Part shown: positions 51,917 to 64,000 of the stretch, one piece after another
Layout of the letters: every line of letters starts with the position of its first letter
Numbering within the stretch: the stretch's first letter is position 1
Assembly: GCF_001194135.2 (NCBI RefSeq)
Contig: NC_068988.1
Location: 85,393,604 to 85,457,603, forward strand
Length of the DNA: 64,000 bases
DNA from: Octopus bimaculoides
Taxonomy: Eukaryota
Reading direction: 5' to 3'
Notes under the pieces: generated by a model
What the model was told of the DNA's origin: nothing
Databases searched by the model: none
What the model saw: only the letters and a program-made list of their open reading frames with translations
Position numbers and translations under genes: made by a program

Positions 51917-52760
51917 CAGTACACTCTGTAAATTGGTTGGCATTAGGAAGGACATCAGGTTGTAGAAACCAAGCCAAATCAAACAATTGGCGCCTGGTGC
52001 AGTTCTCTGGCTTGCCAGTGCCTATCAAACCATCCAGCCCAAGCCAGCATGGAAAAAGGACATTAAATGATGATGATATATATATGCCTTATAGCTTGAC
52101 TATTCATGATATATATACACATACATAAATAATAGTGTCAAATTTTGGCACATGGCCAGCAATGTTAGTAGGGTGTAAGGAAGTCGATTACCTTGACCTC
52201 AGTACTTATTTTATCAACCCCTAGAAGATTGAAAGTTATGGTCAACATTGGCAGAATTTGAACACAGAATGTAAGAAGCTGGATGAAATGCTGCTCAGGA
52301 TTTTGTCCAACAAGCTAATGATTCTGCCAGCTTGATGTTACCATAATGGAATGTTGTCAAACTGCTATTGTTAGTATTATTACTGTTAGTATATTAATAT
52401 TAGTAGTACCACACATGTTAGTCTTAACTTAGTTTTAGTAAGCAGTGATTAGTTGTAAACATATACACACACACATTCAGACACACATGCACACACACGT
52501 ACACACACACATGCACACATATATATATATATTTAGGCACACATATATTTTTAAAATCTTTTCATTTACCCTTCACTGTCAAATGATCGCATTGAGGTGC
52601 AACAGTAGAAGTCTGAGAATCCACTGATAAAATGGTACAATCCCTATCTGAAAGATAGAAAACACACATCTTCATATGAACCAAAATCCAACATGACTCC
52701 ATGTCACTATACATCATATAACATTGTAACAATGTTGACATAATATAATACATATAGGCA

Positions 52761-52801
<41 letters not shown>

Positions 52802-53498
52802 CATATAAAAACGTTTAGTGTACTTTGTAGTATATTATGACTGCATAATGAAATATGGTATCCCTGCAGTTCATTAATACCAGGTTAACTTACTACAGTT
52901 CTGAGTTGAACTGAATAAAAAAGCCAGTAGTACAGATTAAGAAAACAAAATTCAAAAATATTAAAAGGTCATGAAGTATGTAAAGGGAAAGTATGAGATC
53001 AAATATGTAGGTTGTGGGAGTTGTATAGAGTTGGTGAGAATGAAGAAAAAGAGAGAGCTGGAAGAAAGAGGAAGGAGAAAAGAGAAAAATATTGTTGTTG
53101 CCAAGGAGGGAAAAAGTAGTGGTCATAAACATTTTACTGAGAGGGATGAAGATAAGAACTAGCCCTACAGAATGTTGGTCGCTTAGCAGAGAATAGCCAG
53201 CGCCAGTACTGCTGACCAGGTGGTCTATATTACAGAACATACACACATCTGCACACCTGTGCACACAAGTAAAGGTATGGTTCAGAACTACTGACATAAA
53301 TTATCACAAATCTGAATGAACACATCAAATAATTGTAATCCTTTCCCTATGTAAAACTAATATATTGTAATAAATAACTGTCCGTCTCTATTTTGTGCAT
53401 TGAGTGTTTCGCTTTTGACTCATGAACCTTACCCAAGCATGCATACTACACACACACACACATGTGCACACACGTATCTACATACATACAAATGTATG

Positions 53499-53545
<47 letters not shown>

Positions 53546-54219
53546 NNNNNNNNNNNNNNNNNNNNNNNNNNNNNNNNNNNNNNNNNNNNNNNNNNNNNNN
53601 NNNNNNNNNNNNNNNNNNNNNNNNNNNNNNNNNNNNNNNNNNNNNNNNNNNNNNNNNNNNNNNNNNNNNNNNNNNNNNNNNNNNNNNNNNNNNNNNNNNN
53701 NNNNNNNNNNNNNNNNNNNNNNNNNNNNNNNNNNNNNNNNNNNNNNNNNNNNNNNNNNNNNNNNNNNNNNNNNNNNNNNNNNNNNNNNNNNNNNNNNNNN
53801 NNNNNNNNNNNNNNNNNNNNNNNNNNNNNNNNNNNNNNNNNNNNNNNNNNNNNNNNNNNNNNNNNNNNNNNNNNNNNNNNNNNNNNNNNNNNNNNNNNNN
53901 NNNNNNNNNNNNNNNNNNNNNNNNNNNNNNNNNNNNNNNNNNNNNNNNNNNNNNNNNNNNNNNNNNNNNNNNNNNNNNNNNNNNNNNNNNNNNNNNNNNN
54001 NNNNNNNNNNNNNNNNNNNNNNNNNNNNNNNNNNNNNNNNNNNNNNNNNNNNNNNNNNNNNNNNNNNNNNNNNNNNNNNNNNNNNNNNNNNNNNNNNNNN
54101 NNNNNNNNNNNNNNNNNNNNNNNNNNNNNNNNNNNNNNNNNNNNNNNNNNNNNNNNNNNNNNNNNNNNNNNNNNNNNNNNNNNNNNNNNNNNNNNNNNNN
54201 NNNNNNNNNNNNNNNNNNN

Positions 54220-54253
<34 letters not shown>

Positions 54254-54389
54254 TATGTATATACATATACATACATATGTATGTATGTACATATATATGG
54301 GAGAATTTACGAAAAAAACAACAACAGACGAGGACAGGTGGTGTAAACAACAAATGGATGTATTAGTTTAACACTCGGGAATAGGAAAG

Positions 54390-54426
54390 TCTTTAACGTT
54401 TCGAGCTATGCTCTTCAACAGAAAGA
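54390..54426 (-). ncRNA. Minimal type-I hammerhead, CUGUUGA core variant (second copy)
   Basis: Minus strand: tcttt-CTGTTGA-a-gagc-ata-gctc-GAAAC-GTT-aaaga, inside a 54295-54460 fragment homologous to 14.9-15.07 kb. Confidence 0.8.
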
Positions 54427-54679
54427 AATAAGGAGAAAAACAAGGAGAAAAAAAATTTAAATGTCGTGATCAGCGATCTATCATATATCTATATATACAT
54501 ATATGTGTTTATATATATATATATATATGTATGTATATATGTATGTATGTATATAGATATATGTATGCATGTATATATATATGTATGAATATATATATAT
54601 GTGTGTGTGTTTGTATATATATGTATATATGTATGTATTCACTATATCTATATATGTATGGATATATATATGTGTGTTG

Positions 54680-55210
54680 CGAAGACCTGTTGAGGCAAGT
54701 GAAATTGAAATTGAAATCAAATTCGATGACAGCACTGCATGACTGGCATCCGTGCTAGTGGAGCGCTAAGAGCACCATCCGAGCGAGGTCATTGCCAGAG
54801 CAGTCGACTGGCTTCCATGCTAGTGGCATTTAAAAAGCATCATTCAAGCGTGATCATTACCAGCATCACCTTACTGGCATTTGTGCCGGTGGGATGTGAA
54901 AAAATATTTGAGTGAGGTCGTTGCCAGTGCCGCTGGACTGGCTCCTGTGCCGCTGGACTGGCTCCTGTGCAGGTGGAACCATTTGAGCATGGCCGTTGCC
55001 AGTTCCGCCTGACTGGCTCTCGTGCCGGTGGCACATAAAAGCACCCACTGCACTCTCAGAGTGGTTGACGTTAGGAAGAGCCTCCAGCTGTAGAAACTTT
55101 GCCAGATCAGATTGGAGCCTGGTGCAGCCATCTGGTTCGCCAGTCCTCAGTCAAATCAACAAACCCATGTCAGCATGGAAAGCGGGCCTTAAACGATGAT
55201 GATGATGATG
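54680..55210 (+). mobile_element. SINE-like family B
   Basis: Same units and tail. Older tail-only relatives near 3540-3830, 6610-6730, 12080-12345, 26100-26335, 31780-31990, 47470-47990, 51915-52080. Confidence 0.85.
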
Positions 55211-55211
55211 A

Positions 55212-55250
<39 letters not shown>

Positions 55251-55899
55251 GAGCACAAGAAATACAGAATATATGAGGAAAATATGTAATTTCTTATTTT
55301 AACACCCGTTTCAGGGAGCTGTTAGTTGTGTAATAATCATAATTTATAGATGAAATATGCAAAAAGTCATGGGTATGCAATCAGTAACCAATCACATGGA
55401 GATATTACAAGTTTGGTTTCCCTCATCGAAAGAAGATTGATAAAAGTGGATCATATAGTAGTGCCAACACATATAACTAGTTGAAGGAGGAGAGGAAGAT
55501 TTCTATGACATAGAAAGGAAGGAATAGAGGTAGAATAAAAGAAATGATAGGCAGGGAGAGGGAGGAAGATATTTATGATATAGGAAGGAAGCAACAAACA
55601 TAAAATACAAGAAACAGTGAGAAGGGGCAAGATAGAGTAAAAGTCAGTTTTGTAAAAGCAAACATCACTGGTGGGTAAGGTAATCTATCTAAGAAGACAG
55701 TAACTCATTTAAGGATGGCAGTTAATCAGACAAAGAGACAGGAAGAGATAAGCTCTGATGGGGAGGGCAAAGAAAAATATGTTGAGATGAGGAGAATATG
55801 GTACAAGGAGAAAAGGAGAAAGAAAATGGTGCTAACATAGCTAAATAATAAGAATGAGCTTTATCCACAATTAGGAGACAGCATAAAGACTGTACATAA

Positions 55900-57530
55900 T
55901 GAGAAAATGTGGAATAAAATTTGCGCTTACATGAGAAGGTTACATCAGAGAATCTATTGAGTAATGAGGTATTATGATGGTGAAGAATATCCAGCAATTC
56001 CCTGCAATATAACTTAAAACATGATGGTTTGTGTTGTATGGGGAGATCCCACCAACTATGGATCAGAATAAGGTATAAAGAATGTCCTTGGACTTGAGGT
56101 GAAGCACGTGTGTAGCTAGGGACTAAAGAGTTTAGAAACTCAATTTGAGAACGAATTCAGGTGAGCCTGGTATTGGTGCTTCAGTTCAACAGTGCCACTA
56201 TAGCCTGGTAGCAACATGATGTAATTACTTGGCATTTATATAATGTTATAAAGTAAACAAAATCCATCTAATAGACATAGTTGGAAGACCCAACAATTAC
56301 TAGTTTTTCTACCAATGGTGGGCTTAGAATTAATCCTTATTTTATGCTGATTCATATGATCAGTCATCCTCAAGGAAGAACCAGAAGTGCTATTACTATT
56401 ATGGGGCTGAGAGAGGGCATCACTGCAGTCAGGTGCATTAGGGTTACAATTACTTGGGGCAATGCTATTATTCAAGTGGGTAGGATTCCCAATACTAAAA
56501 GTATCAGTATCTAGCAGGTAAGGGTGGAGGTAGATGAGTGGTTCAAAGGGCAGTTAGTAAGGTGACTAAGTTTGCACCTACTGGAAGAGGTAGTTAGAGA
56601 TCCTAAGTTTGGTGTTGTAGAGTATGAGATTTTAATCAAAGATTTATTAAATATTGGGTAATATTTGCAGTGTAGTGGGAAATTAAAGCTTAGGATTTTG
56701 AAAAATAGCTTGGGTAAAGATTTAACTTGGAGGGAGAATAGGGGTGCAATCCATAAGATCCTCCACTTTTTGCCTTGAAAGAGCTTAGAACCCAGTTTAG
56801 TGGGCTGGAAATTATTCAACCACTGTGCTGGCTGCAGGAGAATTCAGTTGCTAGATGATGGCATGTGGATAGATAGAGGCAAATCTGGTGGACGTAGCTT
56901 CTGTACTAGGAAATAGACATCTGAGTTTTGCTTTTAGTTTAGTATTGGAAATATATGAGATCCTCTTGTGGAAGCCACTATTCTGGAGAGCCTGATTATA
57001 GTACAAGCTATGATTATCAAAGATATCCTCATTAGCTAATAGGTTATAGATCCTGATTGAAACATCAGTGACAATGCTATTTAGAGCAAATCTATGGTGA
57101 TTAGATTGGACATTGATATATTTTTAAGGCTCATTTGGTTTATGGTAAGTGTAATAGAGGTTAAATCTAAGTTGAGTCACATCTAAGAAGTTAGCTACTT
57201 TAGTGCTGTTTTTGAACTTATAGAGGACCTTCCAGGTACATTCAATGGACAGTCAAAATGTACCTATGGGTGTGAGAAGAGCATCATCCCTCTATAGGCC
57301 TCTGGGTATGCTAAGGAAGTGCTGGTTTATTTAAAAGTGAAGAAGAGACTAATCTGGTCAGTAACCTGAACAGAGTCTGAAGAACCCATGGTTATATCAA
57401 ACAGATCTATAGGGAATTTACGGGACCAATAATTGTTAACAAAAGACAAAAGTGTTTTTCTAGCTGCTAAGATAAAGTTGATGTCCAGCCAATAGAGGGG
57501 TACAAATTTTCTTGCGAACATTAAGGCCTT
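55900..57530 (-). mobile_element. Highly degenerate Penelope-like element (Neptune/Naiad-like): RT, Cys-rich linker, GIY-YIG
   Basis: RKTLLSF..FDITMGSSDSVQV (FDVTMGS motif), AYRDDAL, EDIFDNHSLYYNQALQNSGF, WRILWIAPLFSLQVK..FNKSLIKISYSTTPNL, NCWVFQLCLLDGFCL..IYKC, LLNRFSDVTFSCKRKF. Confidence 0.85.
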
Positions 57531-58214
57531 ATTTAATAGAATGGGGGGGATATGGAAGTGTAATAGTTTGATATATCACACTGGAAGAAATGAGTATGAA
57601 ATTTATTAGAGAAAGAGTGGAACCAGGTGATGACATCAATATATATATATGTATGTGTATGTGTGTGAATACACACACACATATATACACACACACATGC
57701 ATACATACATACATACATACATACATGCATACATGTGTGTGTATTTATATATCACTGTATCGACCAGACTATTGTATGTTATTATACACTGCTGGCAACA
57801 ATGCACTTCCTTGCACCATTGTAGCTTTCAGATGATATCATCCAGCCAGCAGGGTTGGCAGGCTAATTCTACCCCTGAATGGAATGCAAGCTTGTTGCAG
57901 GGTCATCTATTTACAGCTCAGCTGAATGGATTGCAGCAATGTGAAATGAAGTGTTTTGCTCAAGAGCACAATGCACTGCTGGTCTAGGAATTGAAATCAC
58001 AATCATGCAATTATGAGGGCAACACCCTAACCACTAGATCAGGTACAATCACACACACACACATAAATACACTTACATGTGCAAATTTACAAGCTTAAAT
58101 GTTTAATTATCTACTCGCTCTCTTGCTCTCTCTCTCTTTCTGTGCACGCACACTCACATACACACATGCACACACACATACACACACGCACACACACATA
58201 CACACGCACACAAA

Positions 58215-58380
58215 ATATAGCCATGGGTGTGAGAAGAACATCATCCCTGTGTAGACCTCTAGGTATGCTAAGGAAGTGTTGGTTTATTTAAGAGAGAAGA
58301 AGAGACCAGCCTGGTCAGTAACCTGGACAGAGTCCAAAAAGCCCATGGTTATATCAAAGAGATCTTATTGAAAGTTTGTA
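58215..58380 (-). mobile_element. Second fragment of the same Penelope RT (MGS/YRDD region)
   Basis: Same-orientation diverged copy of 57265-57415. Confidence 0.75.
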
Positions 58381-58705
58381 AGATGTTTGTTATGTTTGAA
58401 ATGTTTGTGAGTCTTTCATTAAATTGATAATTATACAGGTTATTAACCTCACTTAGCATTCATTATATATTTTCAATATTTATAGGTACACTTTGTTTTG
58501 AATATTTCATTATCAGGTTGTCAAGTGTGAGTTGATCAAAAAGTGGTGTGGGTGTAAATATTGTAAATATATATTGTAATATTAATGTCTAAATAGTCTC
58601 ATAGTCATTTTTAAACTATATAATATATGTTATAAGTACTGAATATTTCTTCGATATTAAGATATCTGTGGATGCAGGCATACACATATACATAGAAATA
58701 TGCAC

Positions 58706-58764
<59 letters not shown>

Positions 58765-59244
58765 CGTATATATATATAACTTATATCTAACCTATAAACA
58801 ATGCTAATATGTTAATGTGTGTTGACCTGACTACAAACACTAATGTTTTATGGCTGTCCATTTCCCAAATTTTGGCCATCCAATACCCCTACTTCTAATA
58901 AGTGACCCCTTCCTCTATCATTTCCTTACGTCTCTTCACCCCTTTGTAATCTGTCTTACTCTTTTCTCTATTCTACTTGCGTCTTTCCATCTTTTCCTCC
59001 CTCCCCCATGCACTCACCACTCCTTCAGTGTTTTGCTTTGTTATGACCAGAAATGGCTCTGGCAAAAGCAGAATTCAGTTTTTTAGGTCATTCAATTTTA
59101 CTCAACTGATCACTAGAGCAACTGAGTAAGCCTATCAGTAAGGTACCTATAATTACCACTGGAAACAGCTGTAAGCCGAATTTGCTCCAATAAAGGAAAA
59201 ATATGTAATGACCATTATTTTAAACTTGTTTATATATATGTGTG

Positions 59245-59465
59245 TTATTTCTTTATTGCCCACAAGGGGCTAAACATAGAGGGGATAAACAAGTGATTAA
59301 GTCGATTACATCGACCCCAGTGAGTAACTGGTACTTCATTTATCGACCCCGACAGGATGAAAGGCTAAGTCGACCTCGACTGAATTTGAACTCAGAACGT
59401 AACGACAGACGAAATACCGCTAAGCATTTCGCCCGGCGTGCTAACGTTTCTGCCAGCTCCCCGCC
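59245..59465 (-). mobile_element. SINE family D, young subfamily
   Basis: CpG-rich and intact; probable TSD tatatgtgtgt. Confidence 0.88.
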
Positions 59466-59467
59466 TT

Positions 59468-59505
<38 letters not shown>

Positions 59506-60084
59506 CGTGCGTGCACAGAAAGAGAGAGAGAGAGAGAGAGAGAGAGTAGATAATTAAAGAAAGGGATGTTAGAAGTCCGGTTGAAGGTCAAAGTGCAGCA
59601 GAAACTTAATCAGGATACAAAATGAGGAACTAAACCAATGAACGATGCTTTGTCATTTAATTCCCTTCGATCAACATTTGTTTATAATGAGACAACCAAA
59701 AAAAAGAAATAAAATAAAATAAAGACAAATGTTAATTAATAAATAGATAACTGAAGGAATATTCTAGCAATTGTATAATGAAATCTAATTGATTAATCCT
59801 TGTGTCACTTTGGATAATTAATTTTTTTTATTGGTTTTGTGTGGAGGAAGGGGCTATGCCCACAACCTTGAAATATAAATGGTTGTTTCAACAAAAATAA
59901 GGATTTTTCTACATAGGCACAAGTCACTCATTTAATTAACAGCTGGCACAATTAATTTAAGCAATATTCCCAAGTATTTTATTCTAGGAGTTAAAAATAA
60001 AAGTACATTCACAAAGAGACTTAACTAAAGTCTTCAAAATCTTTTTGTTATATCTTTTACTAATATATTTCAGTTGAAATACAC

Positions 60085-60660
60085 TACTTTTGTTTCAATT
60101 TATTATTTTGGTGCCATATTCACAAATGATGGGAAACGGGAGGCTGAACTAGATACTGGAATTGGAGATGCTTTCACAGTAATGTACCAGCTCCAGTGTT
60201 TGATCCTCAGAAGAGAAGCTGGTAAAAAGAAAGTCAAACAGGTTGTCTTCAATTCAGTTAGCATGTCTATCTTTATCTTTGGTTATGCATGTTGGGCAAT
60301 GACTGAACGAATACAATCACAAATATAAGCAAATGAAATGGGAGTCTTTTGAAGAATGTCTGGAGTAATGTTTGTTACTCAACAGGGTGCATAGCTCCAA
60401 GATCAGGGAGTCTTTCCAGGTCGAATTGCAACTTCACAGCGTTGGGAGGTCACAGTGCCACTACTACAGACATGTCACAGAAAAGAATTACAAAATGGAT
60501 TCTTCAAGTTGAGCCAATGGCAGGAGACTGAGGGGCAAACCAAGAAGAAGATGATTGGATGATATCAACCAGACAGAAAGTCTAATGATGGTTGCTTCTG
60601 AAAGTATGGAGGAGGTACCTGAGAACTCTACCCCCATGACCCTCCTAAGAATAATGGGTT
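60085..60660 (+). mobile_element. Degenerate RTE-clade LINE 3' fragment (different family)
   Basis: YFGAIFTNDGKREAELDTGIGDA..VFNSV..FGYACWAMTERIQSQI*ANEM..; G.PRR.W.DDI-like end. Confidence 0.75.
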
Positions 60661-61245
60661 GAGAAAATGGATTGGCTGGATTAATATGAAATGAGCATTA
60701 ATATTGGGAGAATGTTAAGGCAATGAGCTCGCAGAATCCTTAGTACGACAAGCAAACTGCTTAGTGGTATTTCATCCATCTTTTCATTCTGAGTTCAAAT
60801 TCCACCGAGGTTGACTTTGCCTTTCATTCATTCAGAGTTGATAAAATAAGCATCAGTCAAGTACTGGGGTCAATATAATCGACTTATCCACTGCCCAGAA
60901 ATTGCTGGTGTTGTGCCAAAATTTGAAATCAGTATTGGGAGAATAGGGAGTTGAGGGTAAAATATTAATAACTAAATCCATCTCAATACTTGTATAATGC
61001 TTACTTCAGTCACCACAGAATGATGAATGACAAAGCTATCATTAGTAAGATTTGAACTCGGAATAAAAAGAGACAAAACTGATACCACAAAACATTTTCT
61101 CCAGTAACCTAATTAATTTTCTTCAAACAACAACATGAAACATTAATTTTTCTGGATAGATACAGTTGGTTAACCATTTTACAAGACTATTTTAGTATTT
61201 TATCAATTTCAGAAGAATAAATAAAATAAAATTATATATAAATAA

Positions 61246-61625
61246 GCCGTAGGAGTGGCTGTGTGGTAAGTAGCCTGCTTACGAACCACATGGTTCTGGG
61301 TTCAGTCCCACTGTGTGGAACCTTGGGCAAGTGTCTTCTACTATAGCCTTGGGCCAACCAAAGCCTTGTGAGTGGATTTCGTAGATGGAAACTGATAGAA
61401 GCCCATCGTATATATGTATGTGTGTCTGTGTTTGTCACCCCAACATCACTTGACAACCGATGCTGGTGTGTTTACGCCCCTGTAACTTAGCGTTTTGGCA
61501 AAAGAGACAGATAGAATAAGTACTAGGCTTACAAAGAATAAGTCCTGGGGGTCGATTTGTTCAACTAAAGGTGGTGCTCCAGCATGGCTACAGTCACATG
61601 ACTGAAACAAGTAAAAGAGTAAATA
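61246..61625 (+). mobile_element. tRNA-derived SINE family A (3' CAGTC-n4-GACTG stem-loop), full length
   Basis: Box A TGGCTGTGTGG, box B GGGTTCAGTCCC, tail ggtgctccagcatggctacagtcacatgactgaaacaagtaaaaga. Other pieces near 410-537, 6960-7156, 9735-9935, 10280-10435, 16550-16702, 18335-18528, 33105-33310, 49765-49972, 50225-50420, 61640-61872. Confidence 0.9.
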
Positions 61626-62084
61626 AAAGTAAATTGATCAAAGCCTTTTGAGTGGATTTGGTAGATGGAAACTGAAAGAAGCCCATTATACATAGTATAA
61701 TGCTGGTGTGCTTACATCCCAGTAATTTAGTAGTTCAACAAAAGAGACTGATAGAATAAGTACTAGGCTTACAAAGAATAAGTCCTGAGGTTGATTTGTT
61801 CAACTAAAACTCTTTAAGGTGGTGCTGCAGCATGGCTACAGTCAAATGACTGAAACAAGCAAAAGAATAAAAGCATTGGAAGTATTTGAACTTAGGATAT
61901 AAAGTGACATAACTAAACATGACTTAATACTTAATCCAGTTCTCTAATATGCCCACCAACTCCAGCATTGTTAGCTCAACATAAATACGCAAAATTGAGC
62001 TTTCAGATGATGCAGTTATTTATCTGTTTTAAATCAGTCAGAATCAATTTATTTACGACTCAAATGTCTAGATTATTAATCATC

Positions 62085-62132
62085 ATCCTTATTATCATCA
62101 TCATCATTATTATTATTATTATTATTATTATA

Positions 62133-62166
<34 letters not shown>

Positions 62167-62193
62167 TTACTACTACTTCTACTACTACTACTT

Positions 62194-62229
<36 letters not shown>

Positions 62230-62262
62230 TTACTACTACTACTTCTACTACTACTACTACTA
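62085..62262. repeat. Compound (CAT)(ATT)(ACT) trinucleotide tract
   Basis: Direct reading; similar (CAC)/(ACT) tracts near 2010-2230, 23740-23830, 28420-28510. Confidence 0.95.
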
Positions 62263-62794
62263 ATCTGTCAGAAACAAAATCCATATATCAAAATGTCAAC
62301 ATTAACAAAATTATGACTAGATTCTTAAAACAACAAAAAAAAAAAGAGAAAACTAATAATAGAAAAGAGGGGTAGGAATGGGGTTAGGATGGGTGGGGCA
62401 TGGGGTAACATAGAAAGCTATAAGCTTGTGGGAATTGATTTTGGATTAATGGTAATTTCTGAAAATCTAGGAATGATTTGACCGAAACGTGGCATTAAGT
62501 GATATTGTTTCCCGTGATCTGGCTATATGATGGTTTGTTAGGACTAGTGTACTCAATCCATATTTGAAAACTAATTAGAAGATTAGATGCAAGAAAAAAT
62601 TGCTTGTTACATTTGTCTCTTGACAGGGAAAGAAACAAATAAACAAATACTATTTGTTGATTTTTTTGTTTGTCTTTTTAAATATTTTTTATTGTTTCAC
62701 ATTTCAAATCTTCCATAAACTGCAGCTGCTACTGTTGCTATCCTCATCCCCACCACCACCACCACTACCACTACAACTCCTTATAATAATCCTT

Positions 62795-63029
62795 TCTATT
62801 ACAGGCACAAGGCCTGAAATTTTGTTGGGAGGAAGGTTTTAGTTGATTACATCAATCCCAGTGCTCAATTGGTGCTTATTTAATTGACCTGATGAGATGG
62901 AAAGCCAAAGTCAACTTTAGCAAAATTTGAACTGAGAATGTAAAGACAAACAAAATGGTGCTAAGCATTTTGTCTGGTATGCTAACAATTCTAGCAGCTC
63001 ACCTCCTTTACAACTACTTATAATCATTT

Positions 63030-63072
<43 letters not shown>

Positions 63073-63755
63073 CTTTCTACAATAGGTACAAAGTCTGAAA
63101 ATTTTTTTTGTGAATTGGTTGGGGTGAGTTGATTACATTAACCCCCAGGGATTAAGTGGTACTTTTATTTTATCAATTCTGAGAGGATGGAAAACAAAGT
63201 TGACCTTGGCAAAATTTGAACTCAGAATGTAATGAATTGGAATCAATACCAGAAAGCATTTTTGCCAACACTAACAATTCTGTTAGCTCACTGCCTTAAT
63301 AATAATAATAATAATAATGATGATGATGCTGATGAGGACGACAATGACGATGATGATGATCCATTCTACTATAGGTATAAGGTATAAAATTTTGAGGGAA
63401 GGGATTGGTCAATTACAATGATCCCAGTGTTTAACAGGCACTTATTTCATTGACCTTGAAAGGATGAAAGACAAAGTTGACCTTGGTAGAATTTGAACTC
63501 AGAACGTAAAAATGGAACAAGGAGCCACTAAACATTTTGTCCAGCATCCTAACGATTCTGCCAGCTCTCCACCTTAATAATAATAATAATAATAATCCCT
63601 TTTACTAAAGGCACAAGGCCTGAAATTTTGGGGGAAGGAACAAATTGATTACGTCAACCTCAGTACTTGACTGGAATCTAAAACCCAGAACATAGCAATA
63701 GTCAAATTACCGCTAAGCATTTCATCCAGTGTGCTAACAATTCTGCCAGCTCACC

Positions 63756-63757
<2 letters not shown>
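62795..63757 (-). mobile_element. Head-to-tail array of four diverged family D SINEs separated by (AAT)n/(GAT)n
   Basis: Units ~62795-63005, 63072-63297, 63360-63575, 63597-63757. Confidence 0.85.
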
Positions 63758-63812
<55 letters not shown>

Positions 63813-63813
63813 G

Positions 63814-64000
63814 GGAGACACGCTCTCTCCACTCCTGTTCTGCCTGGCACTCACACCTTTAATAGAATTGCTAAATAGAACTGGATGCGGTTACAAATGC
63901 TATGGAAAAACAGTCAGCCACCTTCTATATATGGATGACCTAAAATTATATGCAAAAAACGACAAAGAGCTAGAAACACTACTACAGACAGTACACGGCT
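63814..64000 (+). mobile_element. 5'-truncated R4/Dong-type non-LTR RT, open frame to window edge, inserted after (TAA)n
   Basis: GDTLSPLLFCLALTPLIELLNRTGCGYKCYGKTVSHLLYMDDLKLYAKNDKELETLLQTVHG with no stops. Confidence 0.85.

Noticed and set aside
46530-52925. Micro-exon-like AG..GT pairs (7 nt at ~46532 plus; 17 nt at ~52895 minus; also 11 nt at ~28065 plus)
   Set aside because: Not frame-preserving, on inconsistent strands, and expected by chance without RNA data.
33315-55210. Repeated ~60-bp units resembling a CRISPR array
   Set aside because: Eukaryotic SINE-internal tandem repeats with no unique spacers or cas genes.

Overview
Repeat-dominated, AT-rich animal genomic DNA from a gapped draft assembly. 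The tRNA-headed SINE families, (TA)/(CA)/(AAT) microsatellite load and RTE/Penelope content point to an octopus (coleoid cephalopod); this is inferred from pattern recognition, not a search. Nearly all ORFs in the supplied track are microsatellite translations or N-spanning artefacts. No host gene could be named. A CpG-retaining island at ~36.6-40.4 kb contains a plausible minus-strand first coding exon (MRLKQLLLGISAGI|gtgagt), and a few weaker candidate exons lie downstream. Recognisable coding remnants are all retroelements: two Penelope-like (RT + GIY-YIG) lineages, a CR1-type LINE, two RTE LINEs and an R4/Dong-type RT in (TAA)n. The most notable unannotated signal is a set of minimal type-I hammerhead ribozyme (HHR) motifs. 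Several families are present, some with CCGAYGA or CUGUUGA core variants. Most sit in short palindromic Penelope-type elements abutting (TA)n. One cassette joins a tRNA-like Pol III head to an HHR; it occurs at the 3' end of a Penelope element and again as a stand-alone head-to-head palindrome with a target-site duplication.
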